Source: a bacterium
Lineage (GTDB): Bacteria > UBA8248 > JACPRG01 > G963555815
Assembly: GCA_963555815.3 (NCBI GenBank)
Contig: CAUVWX020000002.1
Span: 576,001 to 640,000 of the forward strand
DNA: 64,000 nucleotides
Direction: 5' to 3'
The notes under the pieces were generated by a model. The model was not told where the DNA came from. It ran no database searches and worked only from the letters and a program-made list of their open reading frames with translations. Shown one piece after another: positions 22,871 to 32,429 of the stretch. Position 1 is the first letter of the stretch. Each line of letters starts with the position of its first letter. Both the position numbers and the translations under genes were made by a program.

Positions 22871-24436
22871 ATGGCCTCGAAGGTCCTCATCCTCGATTTT
22901 GGCTCTCAGTACACCCAGCTCATCGCCAGGCGGGTGAGAGAGCAAAAAGTCTACTGCGAGATCATGCCCTGCACGGTGTCTCTCGAAAAGATCCGGGCCT
23001 TTGAGCCGGGGGGCCTCATCCTTTCAGGGGGTCCCTGGAGCGTCTATGGGTCAGACGCCCCCAAAGTCCCGAAGGCCGTGCTGGAGCTCGGGGTCCCGGT
23101 CCTTGGGATCTGCTACGGCCTCCAGTTCATGGCCCACCATCTGGGCGGAAAGGTCCGCCCACAGGCGAGACGGGAGTATGGACACGCGGGGCTCGAGATA
23201 CTGGACTCCTCAGACCTCTTCCAGGGCTTTGCGGGCGAGATCCCCGTCTGGATGAGCCACGGGGACGCCATCGAGGAGTGTCCGCCCGGGTTTCAGTCCA
23301 TCGGGCGGACCGAGAACTCCCCCGTGGCCGCGATGAGGAACGGGAGCCGAAAACTCTTTGGCATCCAGTTCCACCCCGAGGTGGTCCATACGCCAAAAGG
23401 CCGGGAGGTGCTGAGGAATTTCCTGTTTGGGATCTGCGGCGTCGCCCCTGAGTGGACCATGGCTTCCTTCATCGATACCTCTGTCCGAACCATCCGCGAA
23501 CAGGTCGGGGAGGAGGGGGTACTGCTCGGGCTTTCAGGGGGCGTCGATAGCGCTGTCGCCGCGGCCCTTCTCCAGCGTGCCATTGGGGATCAGCTGACCT
23601 GCATCTTTGTGGACAACGGCCTCCTACGAAAGGGGGAGGCACAAGAAGTGCTGGAGTTCTTCCAAGACCACATGAGGCTTCGGCTTCGCTTTCGGGAAGC
23701 CGGCCTGGAATTTTTAACGGCCCTTCGGGGAGTGACCGACCCCGAGGAGAAGCGACGGAGAATCGGTCGGCTCTTTATCAAAATATTCGAAATGGAGGCC
23801 GAGGGTGCCGAGCGCGAAAGCGCAAGAAGGCCCTGCCCTGCGCCGTTCACCTACCTATCCCAGGGGACCCTCTACCCCGACGTCATTGAGAGCGTCTCCT
23901 TCAAAGGTCCCTCGGCCACCATCAAAACGCACCACAACGTGGGAGGGCTCCCGGAGAACATGAATCTGAAACTCCTGGAGCCCCTTCGAGAACTCTTCAA
24001 GGATGAGGTGAGGAAGCTCGGCCAAGAGCTGGGGCTCCCCAGAGAGGTCCTCATCCGGCATCCCTTCCCGGGCCCAGGGCTCGCCGTGCGCATCCCCGGG
24101 GAGGTGACGGAGGGGGCCCTCCAGATCCTCCGCGAGGCGGACGCCATCTTCATGGAGGAGATAAAACGGGCGGGTCTCTACGAAGAGATCTGGCAGGCCT
24201 TCGCCGTCCTCCTTCCCGTCCGGACGGTCGGCGTCATGGGGGACCAACGGACCTATGAGCACGCCGTCGCCCTCCGGGCCGTAACGAGCCAAGACGGCAT
24301 GACGGCCGACTGGGTGAAACTCCCCGGGGACCTCCTGGGGGTCATCTCGGCCCGCATCATCAACGAGGTGAAAGGCGTGAATCGGGTTGTCTATGATATC
24401 TCCTCAAAACCCCCCGCCACGATTGAGTGGGAGTGA
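22871..24436 (+). CDS. guaA: GMP synthase (glutamine-hydrolysing)
   Basis: [44 protein letters not shown]. Confidence 0.97.
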   Translation: MASKVLILDFGSQYTQLIARRVREQKVYCEIMPCTVSLEKIRAFEPGGLILSGGPWSVYGSDAPKVPKAVLELGVPVLGICYGLQFMAHHLGGKVRPQARREYGHAGLEILDSSDLFQGFAGEIPVWMSHGDAIEECPPGFQSIGRTENSPVAAMRNGSRKLFGIQFHPEVVHTPKGREVLRNFLFGICGVAPEWTMASFIDTSVRTIREQVGEEGVLLGLSGGVDSAVAAALLQRAIGDQLTCIFVDNGLLRKGEAQEVLEFFQDHMRLRLRFREAGLEFLTALRGVTDPEEKRRRIGRLFIKIFEMEAEGAERESARRPCPAPFTYLSQGTLYPDVIESVSFKGPSATIKTHHNVGGLPENMNLKLLEPLRELFKDEVRKLGQELGLPREVLIRHPFPGPGLAVRIPGEVTEGALQILREADAIFMEEIKRAGLYEEIWQAFAVLLPVRTVGVMGDQRTYEHAVALRAVTSQDGMTADWVKLPGDLLGVISARIINEVKGVNRVVYDISSKPPATIEWE

Positions 24437-24440
24437 GGTC

Positions 24441-24752
24441 GTGACGAAGAACGTCATCATGATCAATCTGATCGAGGTAAAGGAGGAAATGGCGAAAGAA
24501 TTCCTTGCCAGGTGGGATAAGGTCACTCAGTATATGCGAAAGCAACCGGGCTTCGTCCAGACCCAGCTTCACCGAAGGTTCGACGACCCCTCCCGGTGGG
24601 TCAACGTGGCTGAGTTCACGTCCATCCGGGCCATCAGGGCCGCCTTTGCCAACAAGGAGTTCGAGCTAATCTCTGGGGACTACCCCGGCCGTCGAGACAT
24701 CGGCCTCTACGCCATCGTGCGCTCGGCCCGAGCCACGAAGCGGAGGGGCTGA
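24441..24752 (+). CDS. antibiotic biosynthesis monooxygenase (ABM)-family protein
   Basis: INLIEV...FLARW...MRKQPGFVQTQLHR...WVNVAEF pattern; GTG start after GAGG. Confidence 0.75.
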   Translation: MTKNVIMINLIEVKEEMAKEFLARWDKVTQYMRKQPGFVQTQLHRRFDDPSRWVNVAEFTSIRAIRAAFANKEFELISGDYPGRRDIGLYAIVRSARATKRRG

Positions 24753-24852
24753 CTTCCCGCGCTAAAAAGATCTAATCTAGATGTCATAGCGTAGCTCTTT
24801 AGAGCCGCCCTAGGGAATTCGGTTGCTGGCGTGCCCCCTGAGGGAGTGCCCC

Positions 24853-27800
24853 ATGCCCCACTCCGATTTCGTCCACCTTCACCTCCACACCCAATACAGC
24901 CTTCTCGACGGGGCGATCCGGATTGAACCACTCCTCCAAAGAGCCAATGCCCTCCAGATGCCGGCCCTGGCCGTCACCGACCACGGGAACCTCTTCGGGG
25001 CCATCAAGTTCTACCGGGCGGCCAAGGCCCACGGGATCAAGCCCATCCTAGGTTGTGAGGTCTACATGGCCCAGGGGAGCCGCTTTGACCGCACCCCTCT
25101 GTCAGGGGACTCCGCCGTCGGCGTCAACCACCTCCTTTTACTGGTCAAGAATGAGACGGGCTATCAGAACCTCATCCGGATCGTCGGAAAGAGCCACCTC
25201 GAGAGTTTTTACTACCGCCCCCGGGTTGACCGCGAGCTCCTGGAGCACCATGCCGAAGGCCTGATTGCAACGAGCGCCTGCCTGAACGGCGAGATTCCCC
25301 AGCGCCTTCTCCTAGGGGACGAAGAAGGGGCTCGTCGGACCGCCCGCTACTACCGGGACCTCTTCCCGGACCGCTTCTACATCGAGGTCCAGGACCACGG
25401 CATCTCGGAGCAGAAGAAGGTCCTGCCGGGGCTCATCAAGATTGCCCGGGAGCTGGAACTCCCCCTTCTGGCCTCGAACGACTGCCACTATCTGGAGGCC
25501 GGGGACGCCTCGGCCCACGAGACCCTCCTCTGCATCCAGACGGGAAAGACCCGCTCAGACCCGGCGCGCTGGAGGTTCGGATCCGATCAGCTCTACCTCA
25601 AGTCTCCCGAGGAGATGAAGGCGCTCTGCCAGGAGTTCCCCGAGGCCTGGAAGAACACCCTTCGGGTGGCCGAGCGTTGCAACCTGGACATTCGATTCGG
25701 CGAAGGCCATCTTCCCCACTACCAGACCCCGGACGGGACCTCCCTGGACGAGTACCTCGCTCGGCGAGCGCAAGAAGGTCTCGAGGCGCGCCTCTCGACT
25801 GCGGGTCCGGCCCCCGGTTTCCCACCGGAATCCTACGCCAAACGCCTGGAAGAAGAGCTCCGGATGATTCGAGAGATGCACTACTCGGGCTATTTCCTCA
25901 TTGTCTCGGACTTCATCGACTACGCCAAGGGGAGGGAGATCCCCGTCGGTCCAGGCCGCGGCTCTTCCGCCGGGAGCCTCGTCGCCTACAGCCTGGGGGT
26001 CACCGACCTCGACCCCCTTCGCTACGGCCTTCTCTTCGAGCGTTTTCTGAACCCGAAGCGGGTCAGCATGCCCGACATCGACATTGACTTCTGCATGGAG
26101 CGCCGAGACGAGGTCATCCAATACGTCACGGAGAAATACGGGCGGGAGAATGTGGCCCAGATCATCACCTTCGGGACCATGATGGCCAAGGGCGTTATCC
26201 GCGATGTGGGCCGGGCCATGGACATCCCTTACGGCGAGGTGGACCGGATTGCGAAGCTCGTGCCGACGCGCCTGAATATTACGCTGGAGGAGGCCCTTCA
26301 GGAGGAGCCCCGCCTTCGTGAACAGCGCGACCGAGAACCGAAGGTCGCCGAGCTTCTGCAGACGGCCAAAACCCTTGAGGGGCTCTCGCGCCACTCCAGC
26401 ACCCACGCCGCTGGCGTCGTCATCTCCCCCCGGCCTCTCATCGAGACGGTTCCTCTGGCCAAGGGGACCAAGGGAGAGGCGCTGACCCAGTACGACATGC
26501 TGGATATCGAGGCCCTCGGGCTTCTAAAGATGGACTTCCTGGGCTTGAGGACTCTGACGGTCATCCGCCGGGCCGAGGAGCTCATCCGGGCCGAAGGGGA
26601 GAAGACAGATTTTCAGATCGAGGATATCCCTCTCGATGACCCCGAGACCTTCCGCCTCTTCGGCGAGGCCAGGACAACGGGGGTCTTTCAGTGCGAGAGC
26701 CGGGGGGTCCGTGAGATCCTCAGGAGGCTTCGGCCCGAGCGCTTTGAGGACATCATCGCCGTTGTCGCCCTCTACCGCCCAGGGCCCCTTGGGAGCGGGA
26801 TGGTGGAGGAGTTCATCAATCGAAGGCAGGGCAAGGTGTCCACCGAATACGATCTCCCCCAGCTGGAGGACATTCTTAAAGAGACGCACGGTGTCATCCT
26901 CTATCAGGAACAGGTGATGCAGATGGCCACCCTCCTCGCCGGCTTCAGCCCGGGCGCGGCCGACCTCCTTCGCCGGGCCATGGGAAAGAAGAAGCCTGAG
27001 GAGATGGCCCGCCAGCGCGAGAATTTTTTGCAGGGCTGCGCCGAGCGGGGGATCCCCACTGAACGGGCCGAGCGCCTCTTTGAGCTCATGGCCTACTTTG
27101 CCGGTTACGGCTTCAACAAGTCCCACAGCGCCGCCTACGCCCTCGTGGCTTACCGAACCGCTTACCTCAAGGCCCACTACCCACGAGAGTTCATGGCCTC
27201 CCTCCTCACGTGCGACATGGACAACACCGACAAGGTGATGAAGAACATCGGGGAGTGCCGCGAGATGGATATCCCCGTCCTCCCCCCGGACATCAACCAG
27301 AGCGGAAAACAGTTCACCGTCTCCCCTGAGGGCCTCCGCTTTGGCCTCGCCGCCGTTAAAAACGTCGGCGAAGGGGCTGTGGACGCGATGCTCAAGGCGA
27401 GAGAGGAAGGCCCCTTCTCTTCTCTTTTCAACTTCTGCGAGCAGGTGGACGCCCGTCAGGTCAACCGAAGGGTGGTGGAGTCTCTCATCAAGTGCGGGGC
27501 CTTCGACTCGACCGGCGCAAAACGCTCTCAGCTCATAGCCGTCCTCGACCAGGCCCTGGGAAGGGCGGGAAAGAGCCAGCAGGACCGGATGACGGGCCAA
27601 AAAAGCCTTTTTGGCGCGGACACCTCCGAGGGCGCGGCCGACCTTCCCCTTCCGTCCATAGAAGAATGGACGGACCGGGAGCTTCTGAGTCAGGAGAGAG
27701 AGGCCTTGGGCTTCTTCATCACAGGACACCCCCTCGACCGCTTTGAACGCGACCTGAAACTCCTAACAGACACCAACACAGGGGCCCTTCCCGAGGTTCC

Positions 27801-28314
27801 ATCGGACCGAAAGGTCCGCCTCGGGGGGATTGTGAGCGGCCTAAAAGTGCAAACCACAAAAAGAGGCAATCTGATGGCCCGGTTCCGCCTGGAAGATCTG
27901 GATGGCTTTGCCGACGTCATCGTCTTCCCGGACACTTATAAGGAGGCGGCCCCCCATCTTGAAATGGGCGATGAGCCGATCTTCGTCATTGGGACGACGG
28001 ACTCGGGAGAGAACGGCGTCACGCTCAAGGCGGAGAAGATTCTGCCCCTGACCCAGGCCCGGAAGAAGATGGCCTCGCGCGTTTTCATCCGGATCCCGGC
28101 ACAAGATCGAAACAGAGAGGTCCTTCGAGCCCTCCTCATCGATCTCAAAGAGGTCCTGGGGAATTTCCGAGGGGATCTCCCGCTGGTCCTTCAATTTCTC
28201 TCCGGCGCCACAAGCCGTAAGAAGATTTTTGCCGAATTCAAGGTCGATCCCTCCCCTGAGATGGTCGAGCGGGTCGAGGCCCTATTGGGCAAAGACTCCG
28301 TCCACCTGGGGTGA
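24853..28314 (+). CDS. dnaE: DNA polymerase III alpha subunit
   Basis: FVHLHLHTQYSLLDG, GRGSSAGS, MPDIDIDF, GFNKSH, OB fold. Confidence 0.98.
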   Translation: MPHSDFVHLHLHTQYSLLDGAIRIEPLLQRANALQMPALAVTDHGNLFGAIKFYRAAKAHGIKPILGCEVYMAQGSRFDRTPLSGDSAVGVNHLLLLVKNETGYQNLIRIVGKSHLESFYYRPRVDRELLEHHAEGLIATSACLNGEIPQRLLLGDEEGARRTARYYRDLFPDRFYIEVQDHGISEQKKVLPGLIKIARELELPLLASNDCHYLEAGDASAHETLLCIQTGKTRSDPARWRFGSDQLYLKSPEEMKALCQEFPEAWKNTLRVAERCNLDIRFGEGHLPHYQTPDGTSLDEYLARRAQEGLEARLSTAGPAPGFPPESYAKRLEEELRMIREMHYSGYFLIVSDFIDYAKGREIPVGPGRGSSAGSLVAYSLGVTDLDPLRYGLLFERFLNPKRVSMPDIDIDFCMERRDEVIQYVTEKYGRENVAQIITFGTMMAKGVIRDVGRAMDIPYGEVDRIAKLVPTRLNITLEEALQEEPRLREQRDREPKVAELLQTAKTLEGLSRHSSTHAAGVVISPRPLIETVPLAKGTKGEALTQYDMLDIEALGLLKMDFLGLRTLTVIRRAEELIRAEGEKTDFQIEDIPLDDPETFRLFGEARTTGVFQCESRGVREILRRLRPERFEDIIAVVALYRPGPLGSGMVEEFINRRQGKVSTEYDLPQLEDILKETHGVILYQEQVMQMATLLAGFSPGAADLLRRAMGKKKPEEMARQRENFLQGCAERGIPTERAERLFELMAYFAGYGFNKSHSAAYALVAYRTAYLKAHYPREFMASLLTCDMDNTDKVMKNIGECREMDIPVLPPDINQSGKQFTVSPEGLRFGLAAVKNVGEGAVDAMLKAREEGPFSSLFNFCEQVDARQVNRRVVESLIKCGAFDSTGAKRSQLIAVLDQALGRAGKSQQDRMTGQKSLFGADTSEGAADLPLPSIEEWTDRELLSQEREALGFFITGHPLDRFERDLKLLTDTNTGALPEVPSDRKVRLGGIVSGLKVQTTKRGNLMARFRLEDLDGFADVIVFPDTYKEAAPHLEMGDEPIFVIGTTDSGENGVTLKAEKILPLTQARKKMASRVFIRIPAQDRNREVLRALLIDLKEVLGNFRGDLPLVLQFLSGATSRKKIFAEFKVDPSPEMVERVEALLGKDSVHLG

Positions 28315-28456
28315 GAAACATAGCCCTCATGATTCACAGCCCCCCCGAGGGCCCGACCAAAGCAGACCCCTTCCTTTCTTTACTCGCCCCCCCGAAATGG
28401 ATATCCTGAGGGGACCAGGGAAAAGCTGGGGGCCGTTATCCGAGGGTGGTTTCAGG

Positions 28457-29161
28457 ATGCCGAGTTTTAACTGGACGTGGCTTGGCCGGACGGACTATGA
28501 AGAGGCCCTCGGGCTTCAAAAAACCCTCCGGGAAAGACGCCAGGCCGGAGAGATCCCTGACCAGCTCCTTCTCCTCGAGCACCCTCCCGTCCTGACCGTG
28601 GGCCGGGGCGGGAACGCGGGCAATATCCTGGCCTCCCCCAAAAAACTTCTGGGTCTGAGGATTCCTGTTCACCGCATCAACAGAGGGGGAGACGTCACCT
28701 ATCACGGGCCCGGGCAGCTCGTGGGCTATCCCATCCTCGACCTGAGGGCGAGGGGGAGAGACGCCCACCGCTACCTTCGAGACCTTGAAAAGGTTTTCAT
28801 AAAGCTCCTCCTTGGACGGGGGATTCAGGCCCGTCGATCCCCTGGCCGCACCGGGGTCTGGGTGGGAAACGCAAAGATCCTCGCCATCGGGGTCGGCCTC
28901 AGGCGGTGGACGACGCTTCACGGATTCGCCTTCAATGTCAGGACGGACCTCTCCCTGTTTGACCTCATCCGGCCCTGTGGCCTCGAGATGGGGACCGCGA
29001 CGTCCCTGGAGACCCTGGAGGGACAAAAAACGCGGGTTGAAGACCTTGTGGATGAAGTGGTCGCCCGGTTCGCCGAGGTCTTCGGGATGGAAGGAGAACC
29101 GCTTCACAAGGACGAGCTGTTCCTTCCCGTGACGCAAGTGGGAACCGAGGGGTCTCTTTGA
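28457..29161 (+). CDS. lipB: lipoyl(octanoyl) transferase
   Basis: LLEHPPV, RGGDVTYHGPGQLVGYPI, HGFAFNV, IRPCG. Confidence 0.95.
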   Translation: MPSFNWTWLGRTDYEEALGLQKTLRERRQAGEIPDQLLLLEHPPVLTVGRGGNAGNILASPKKLLGLRIPVHRINRGGDVTYHGPGQLVGYPILDLRARGRDAHRYLRDLEKVFIKLLLGRGIQARRSPGRTGVWVGNAKILAIGVGLRRWTTLHGFAFNVRTDLSLFDLIRPCGLEMGTATSLETLEGQKTRVEDLVDEVVARFAEVFGMEGEPLHKDELFLPVTQVGTEGSL

Positions 29162-30006
29162 GAGGAGGGAGGATGGGCAGGACCCAGAAAATTTTTACCC
29201 CTTCTCCGCCACCGGCGCTGGGGTCCTTGGGACGAGAGGGACCGAGGGCGGTGGGCTTCGTCTTATTGGCCATCGTGTTTTTCTTCATGGCCACCGACGC
29301 TTATGCTACAAGTCTTTTGTCTCTTGAAGGGTGGAGAGAGTTCGGGCTTCGGGGCTGGATTCTCTTTCAGCGGGGCGGGGTCGTCATGTACCCCATCCTC
29401 TTCTGCTCCATCCTGGGCGTGGGGGTTTCCCTGGAGCGCCTCTTCAGCCTGAGGCGAGGCCGCGTCATCCGGCAGGATTTTCTGGACGATGTGCGCCACC
29501 ACTGGTCCAACGGGGACGCGAAAGAGGCTCTGAAAGTCTGCCAGGGTTGCAACATTTCCATCGCCCGGGTCCTCCGGGCGGGACTTCAACGCCTCGGCCA
29601 TCCTCTTGCCGACATCGAGCGGGCCATTGATTCGGCGGGCCAGCACGAAGTCTCCCTCCTCACCACTCATCTTCGGGCCCTTGGGTTCCTGGGCAATGTC
29701 GCCCCCATGCTGGGCTTTCTCGGGACAGTGGCGGGGATGATCCAGGCCTTTAACGTGATCTCTCAAAGCGGGACAGGGGATCCGGGTCTGGTGGCGGCGG
29801 GGATCTCAGAGGCCCTGATCACGTCGGCCGCCGGCCTCGTGGTGGGGATCCCGTCTCTGGCCGCCTACCATTACTTTCGTTCCAGGGTGGACGGTTACGT
29901 CTCCGAGATGGAGGGCATCTCCCTCGACCTCCTAGAGGGTCTTGCCAAGGGGATTTCGGAGGGAGGCGCCCCGGGGGTCAAGAGCCATGCGGTTCAATCG
30001 TCCTGA
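29158..30006 (+). CDS. exbB: MotA/TolQ/ExbB proton channel family protein
   Basis: GGVVMYPI, APMLGFLGTVAGMI, GISEALITSAAGLVVGIP. Confidence 0.88.
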   Translation: MRGGRMGRTQKIFTPSPPPALGSLGREGPRAVGFVLLAIVFFFMATDAYATSLLSLEGWREFGLRGWILFQRGGVVMYPILFCSILGVGVSLERLFSLRRGRVIRQDFLDDVRHHWSNGDAKEALKVCQGCNISIARVLRAGLQRLGHPLADIERAIDSAGQHEVSLLTTHLRALGFLGNVAPMLGFLGTVAGMIQAFNVISQSGTGDPGLVAAGISEALITSAAGLVVGIPSLAAYHYFRSRVDGYVSEMEGISLDLLEGLAKGISEGGAPGVKSHAVQSS

Positions 30007-30385
30007 GGAAGATTACAACCTTCCTTTCATCTCCATGGTCGACGTCGTCTTCCTCCTCATCATCTTCTTTATGGTCTCGACCACCTTCATCGATTTCACG
30101 CGGCGGATTGACATAGAGCTGCCGGACGCGAAGGCAGGGGCTCCGACCGAAAAGGTCCACGAGATCCTCATCGAGGTGGAGGAGAACGGGGACCTATTTT
30201 TGAACGGCCAGGCGATCACGCTAATCGGCCTTGAGGCGGCCCTGGAGGCCACTCGAGGGGAAGAGAGGCGCTCGGCCGTCATCCGGGCAGACCGAAGGCT
30301 CCCCTACGGTCTCATCGTGAGAGTGTTGGGGATCTCCCGGGCCTCTGGGATTTACGACATCGGGGTCGCCTTGAAGGAGGAGTGA
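29987..30385 (+). CDS. exbD: ExbD/TolR family protein
   Basis: SMVDVVFLLIIFFMV, IELP, IRADRRLPYG. Confidence 0.88.
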   Translation: MRFNRPEEDYNLPFISMVDVVFLLIIFFMVSTTFIDFTRRIDIELPDAKAGAPTEKVHEILIEVEENGDLFLNGQAITLIGLEAALEATRGEERRSAVIRADRRLPYGLIVRVLGISRASGIYDIGVALKEE

Positions 30386-30481
30386 CCTCTCATCCCGGGC
30401 GAAAGGCACGAAAATTAACCGGGGTCATCAAGGAGTCTAAGCAGTCTATCGCCGGACGGAGTTGATGGAGCAAAAAGTCTG

Positions 30482-31261
30482 ATGGCCATCCCCTTCTCGA
30501 CGCGTCTCTGGGTCTACACCAATTACGACTGCAACCTCTCTTGTATTTACTGCTGTGCCCGCTCCCACCCCAAGGCCGAACGGCGGGAGATCGGTCTAAA
30601 AACTTTCCAAAAATTGGTGGATGAGGCCGCCAATCTTGGGTTTGAGGAACTTTATCTGACAGGAGGAGAGCCGTTCCTTCTGCCCGAGATCTTCGACATG
30701 CTGAGCCACTCCCTCCCCCGGATTCCCACGACCGTCCTCACCAATGCGACCATCTTCACGCCAAAGCGGCTCGAACGCTTGAAGACGCTGCCGACAGGAC
30801 ACCTCTCCCTTCAGGTGAGCATCGACAGCCCAGACGCCGTTGTGAATGATTTTTACCGCGGAGCGGGGAGTTTCGAAAAGGCCCTAAAAGGGGTCCGTAG
30901 CCTGACGGCGGCGGGCATGCGCGTCCGCATCGGGGCGACAGAGACGCCCAAAAGCCGCGGACAGGGGGAGACCCTCTTTGACTTCCTCTCTGGCGAAGGG
31001 ATCTCTCGGGATGACCAGGTCCTTCGGCCCCTCGCCATGCGGGGCTTCTCGGAGGACGGGAAGGAGATCACGACCGACAAGCTCCTTCCCGAGCTTTGCG
31101 TAGACCGGGATGGGGTCTACTGGCACCCCGTCTCGACGGACGAGGACTTCCGCATCTGCCAGGAGATCTTTCCCCTCTCTCGGGTTGTTGCCACCGTTGA
31201 GGCTGAACTCATTCGCAGGGAGCGGGAAGGCATCCAAAGCGTCCCGTTTCAGTGAGCCTAG
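30482..31261 (+). CDS. Rv1681/MoeX-like radical SAM protein; predicted selenoprotein ending ...VPFQ-U-A (259 aa)
   Basis: RLWVYTNYDCNLSCIYCC (CxxxCxxC), TGGEPF, DGVYWHPV; TGA 31253-31255 is followed by GCC TAG and a GGUC-loop hairpin. Confidence 0.8.
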
Positions 31262-31265
31262 CCCT

Positions 31266-31283
31266 TTGGCCCGGTCGGGCCGA
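31266..31283 (+). promoter_or_regulatory. candidate SECIS hairpin in the 3' UTR of the radical SAM gene
   Basis: UUGGCCC-[GGUC]-GGGCCGA; loop begins at +18 from the UGA, same geometry as the ArsC-like element. Confidence 0.7.
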
Positions 31284-31341
31284 GTCAAGAAGAAGATAGA
31301 CGGCCATTCAAGGTTTTTATTTTTCCATCACAAAATAACGC

Positions 31342-32328
31342 CTAAGAGGACTTGGCGCCCTCGCCTGACAAGACCTCCCAGAGACAAATGGTATTGTCCG
31401 CTGACCCTGAGGCGAGGAAGCGGCCATCCGGCGAAAAGGCGACAGAGCGGACCGTCCTTTCGTGCCCCCTCAGGCATCCCAGCTCTTTTCCTGAGGACAC
31501 GTCCCAGAGGCGGATCTTATGGTCCCGCGATCCAGACGCCAGAAGGCGGCCATCGGGCGAAAAGGCGACGGAGTAGACCCTGCCTACATTTTCGCCGAGG
31601 CGCCTCAATTCCTTCCCTGAGGACACATCCCAGAGGCGGACGGTCTCGTCAACAGCCCCTGAGGCCAGCAGGCGGCCATCGGGCGAAAAGGCGATGCTCC
31701 TGATCCAATCCCTGTGTCCATCAAGGCGCATCAGCGGTTGACCTGAGGACGGATCCCATAAGCGGATAGTCCTGTCGTCCGACCCGGAGGCCAGGATGCG
31801 GCCATCGGGCGAAAAGGCAATGGAGTTCACATCAGCCTTATGCGCTTCCTTACGTTCCTCCGTAAGGACTTTTAGCCCCTGCCCAGAGGACACGTCCCAG
31901 AGGCGGATCAAGGCGTCTTTTGACCCTGACGCCAGGACTTGACTGTCAGGCGAAAAAGAAACGGCGTAGACCCAGCCCCCAACCCCCCCAAGGCGTCTTA
32001 ATTCCTTCCCTGAGGACACCTCCCAAAGGCGGATGAAATTGTCAGATGACCCGGAGGCCAGCAGGCGGCCATCAGGCGAAAAGGCGACCGCCCAGACCGC
32101 TCTTTCGTGGTCAAGGCGCCTGAGAACTTCCCCTGAGGGGATCTCCCAGAGGCGGACGGTCTCGTCATCAGCTCCCGAGGCCAAAATGCGGCCATCGGGC
32201 GAAAAGGCGACCGCCCTTGGCCAATCTCCATGCCCTTCAAGGCGCCCATGTTCCCTCCACTCGCCTGCCAGAGACTCGTTGTCTGTCGCGGATTCATGGA
32301 TGGGGGAAGCGTTTAGTTTATCGTTCAT
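31342..32328 (-). CDS. WD40-repeat protein (seven repeats, single beta-propeller)
   Basis: Seven V/IxFSPD...LASG..D..I/VxLWD/E units. Confidence 0.92.
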   Translation of the reverse strand: MNDKLNASPIHESATDNESLAGEWREHGRLEGHGDWPRAVAFSPDGRILASGADDETVRLWEIPSGEVLRRLDHERAVWAVAFSPDGRLLASGSSDNFIRLWEVSSGKELRRLGGVGGWVYAVSFSPDSQVLASGSKDALIRLWDVSSGQGLKVLTEERKEAHKADVNSIAFSPDGRILASGSDDRTIRLWDPSSGQPLMRLDGHRDWIRSIAFSPDGRLLASGAVDETVRLWDVSSGKELRRLGENVGRVYSVAFSPDGRLLASGSRDHKIRLWDVSSGKELGCLRGHERTVRSVAFSPDGRFLASGSADNTICLWEVLSGEGAKSS

Positions 32329-32429
32329 CTCAAGTCCTTTTGTCCCTTTATACCACAAAAATCTCCTGTCTCGGTTCCGCCCTGAGCGAACTGCCGTGGG
32401 GATTATAGCGGAACGCTACAGTCAGGGAT

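Noticed and set aside
24853..28314. Intein in dnaE
   Set aside because: Length (1153 aa) and motif spacing are normal.
31342..32328. CRISPR-like periodic repeats
   Set aside because: The ~125-bp period is codon-phased WD40 coding sequence; no unique spacers or cas genes. The same applies to the TPR genes.
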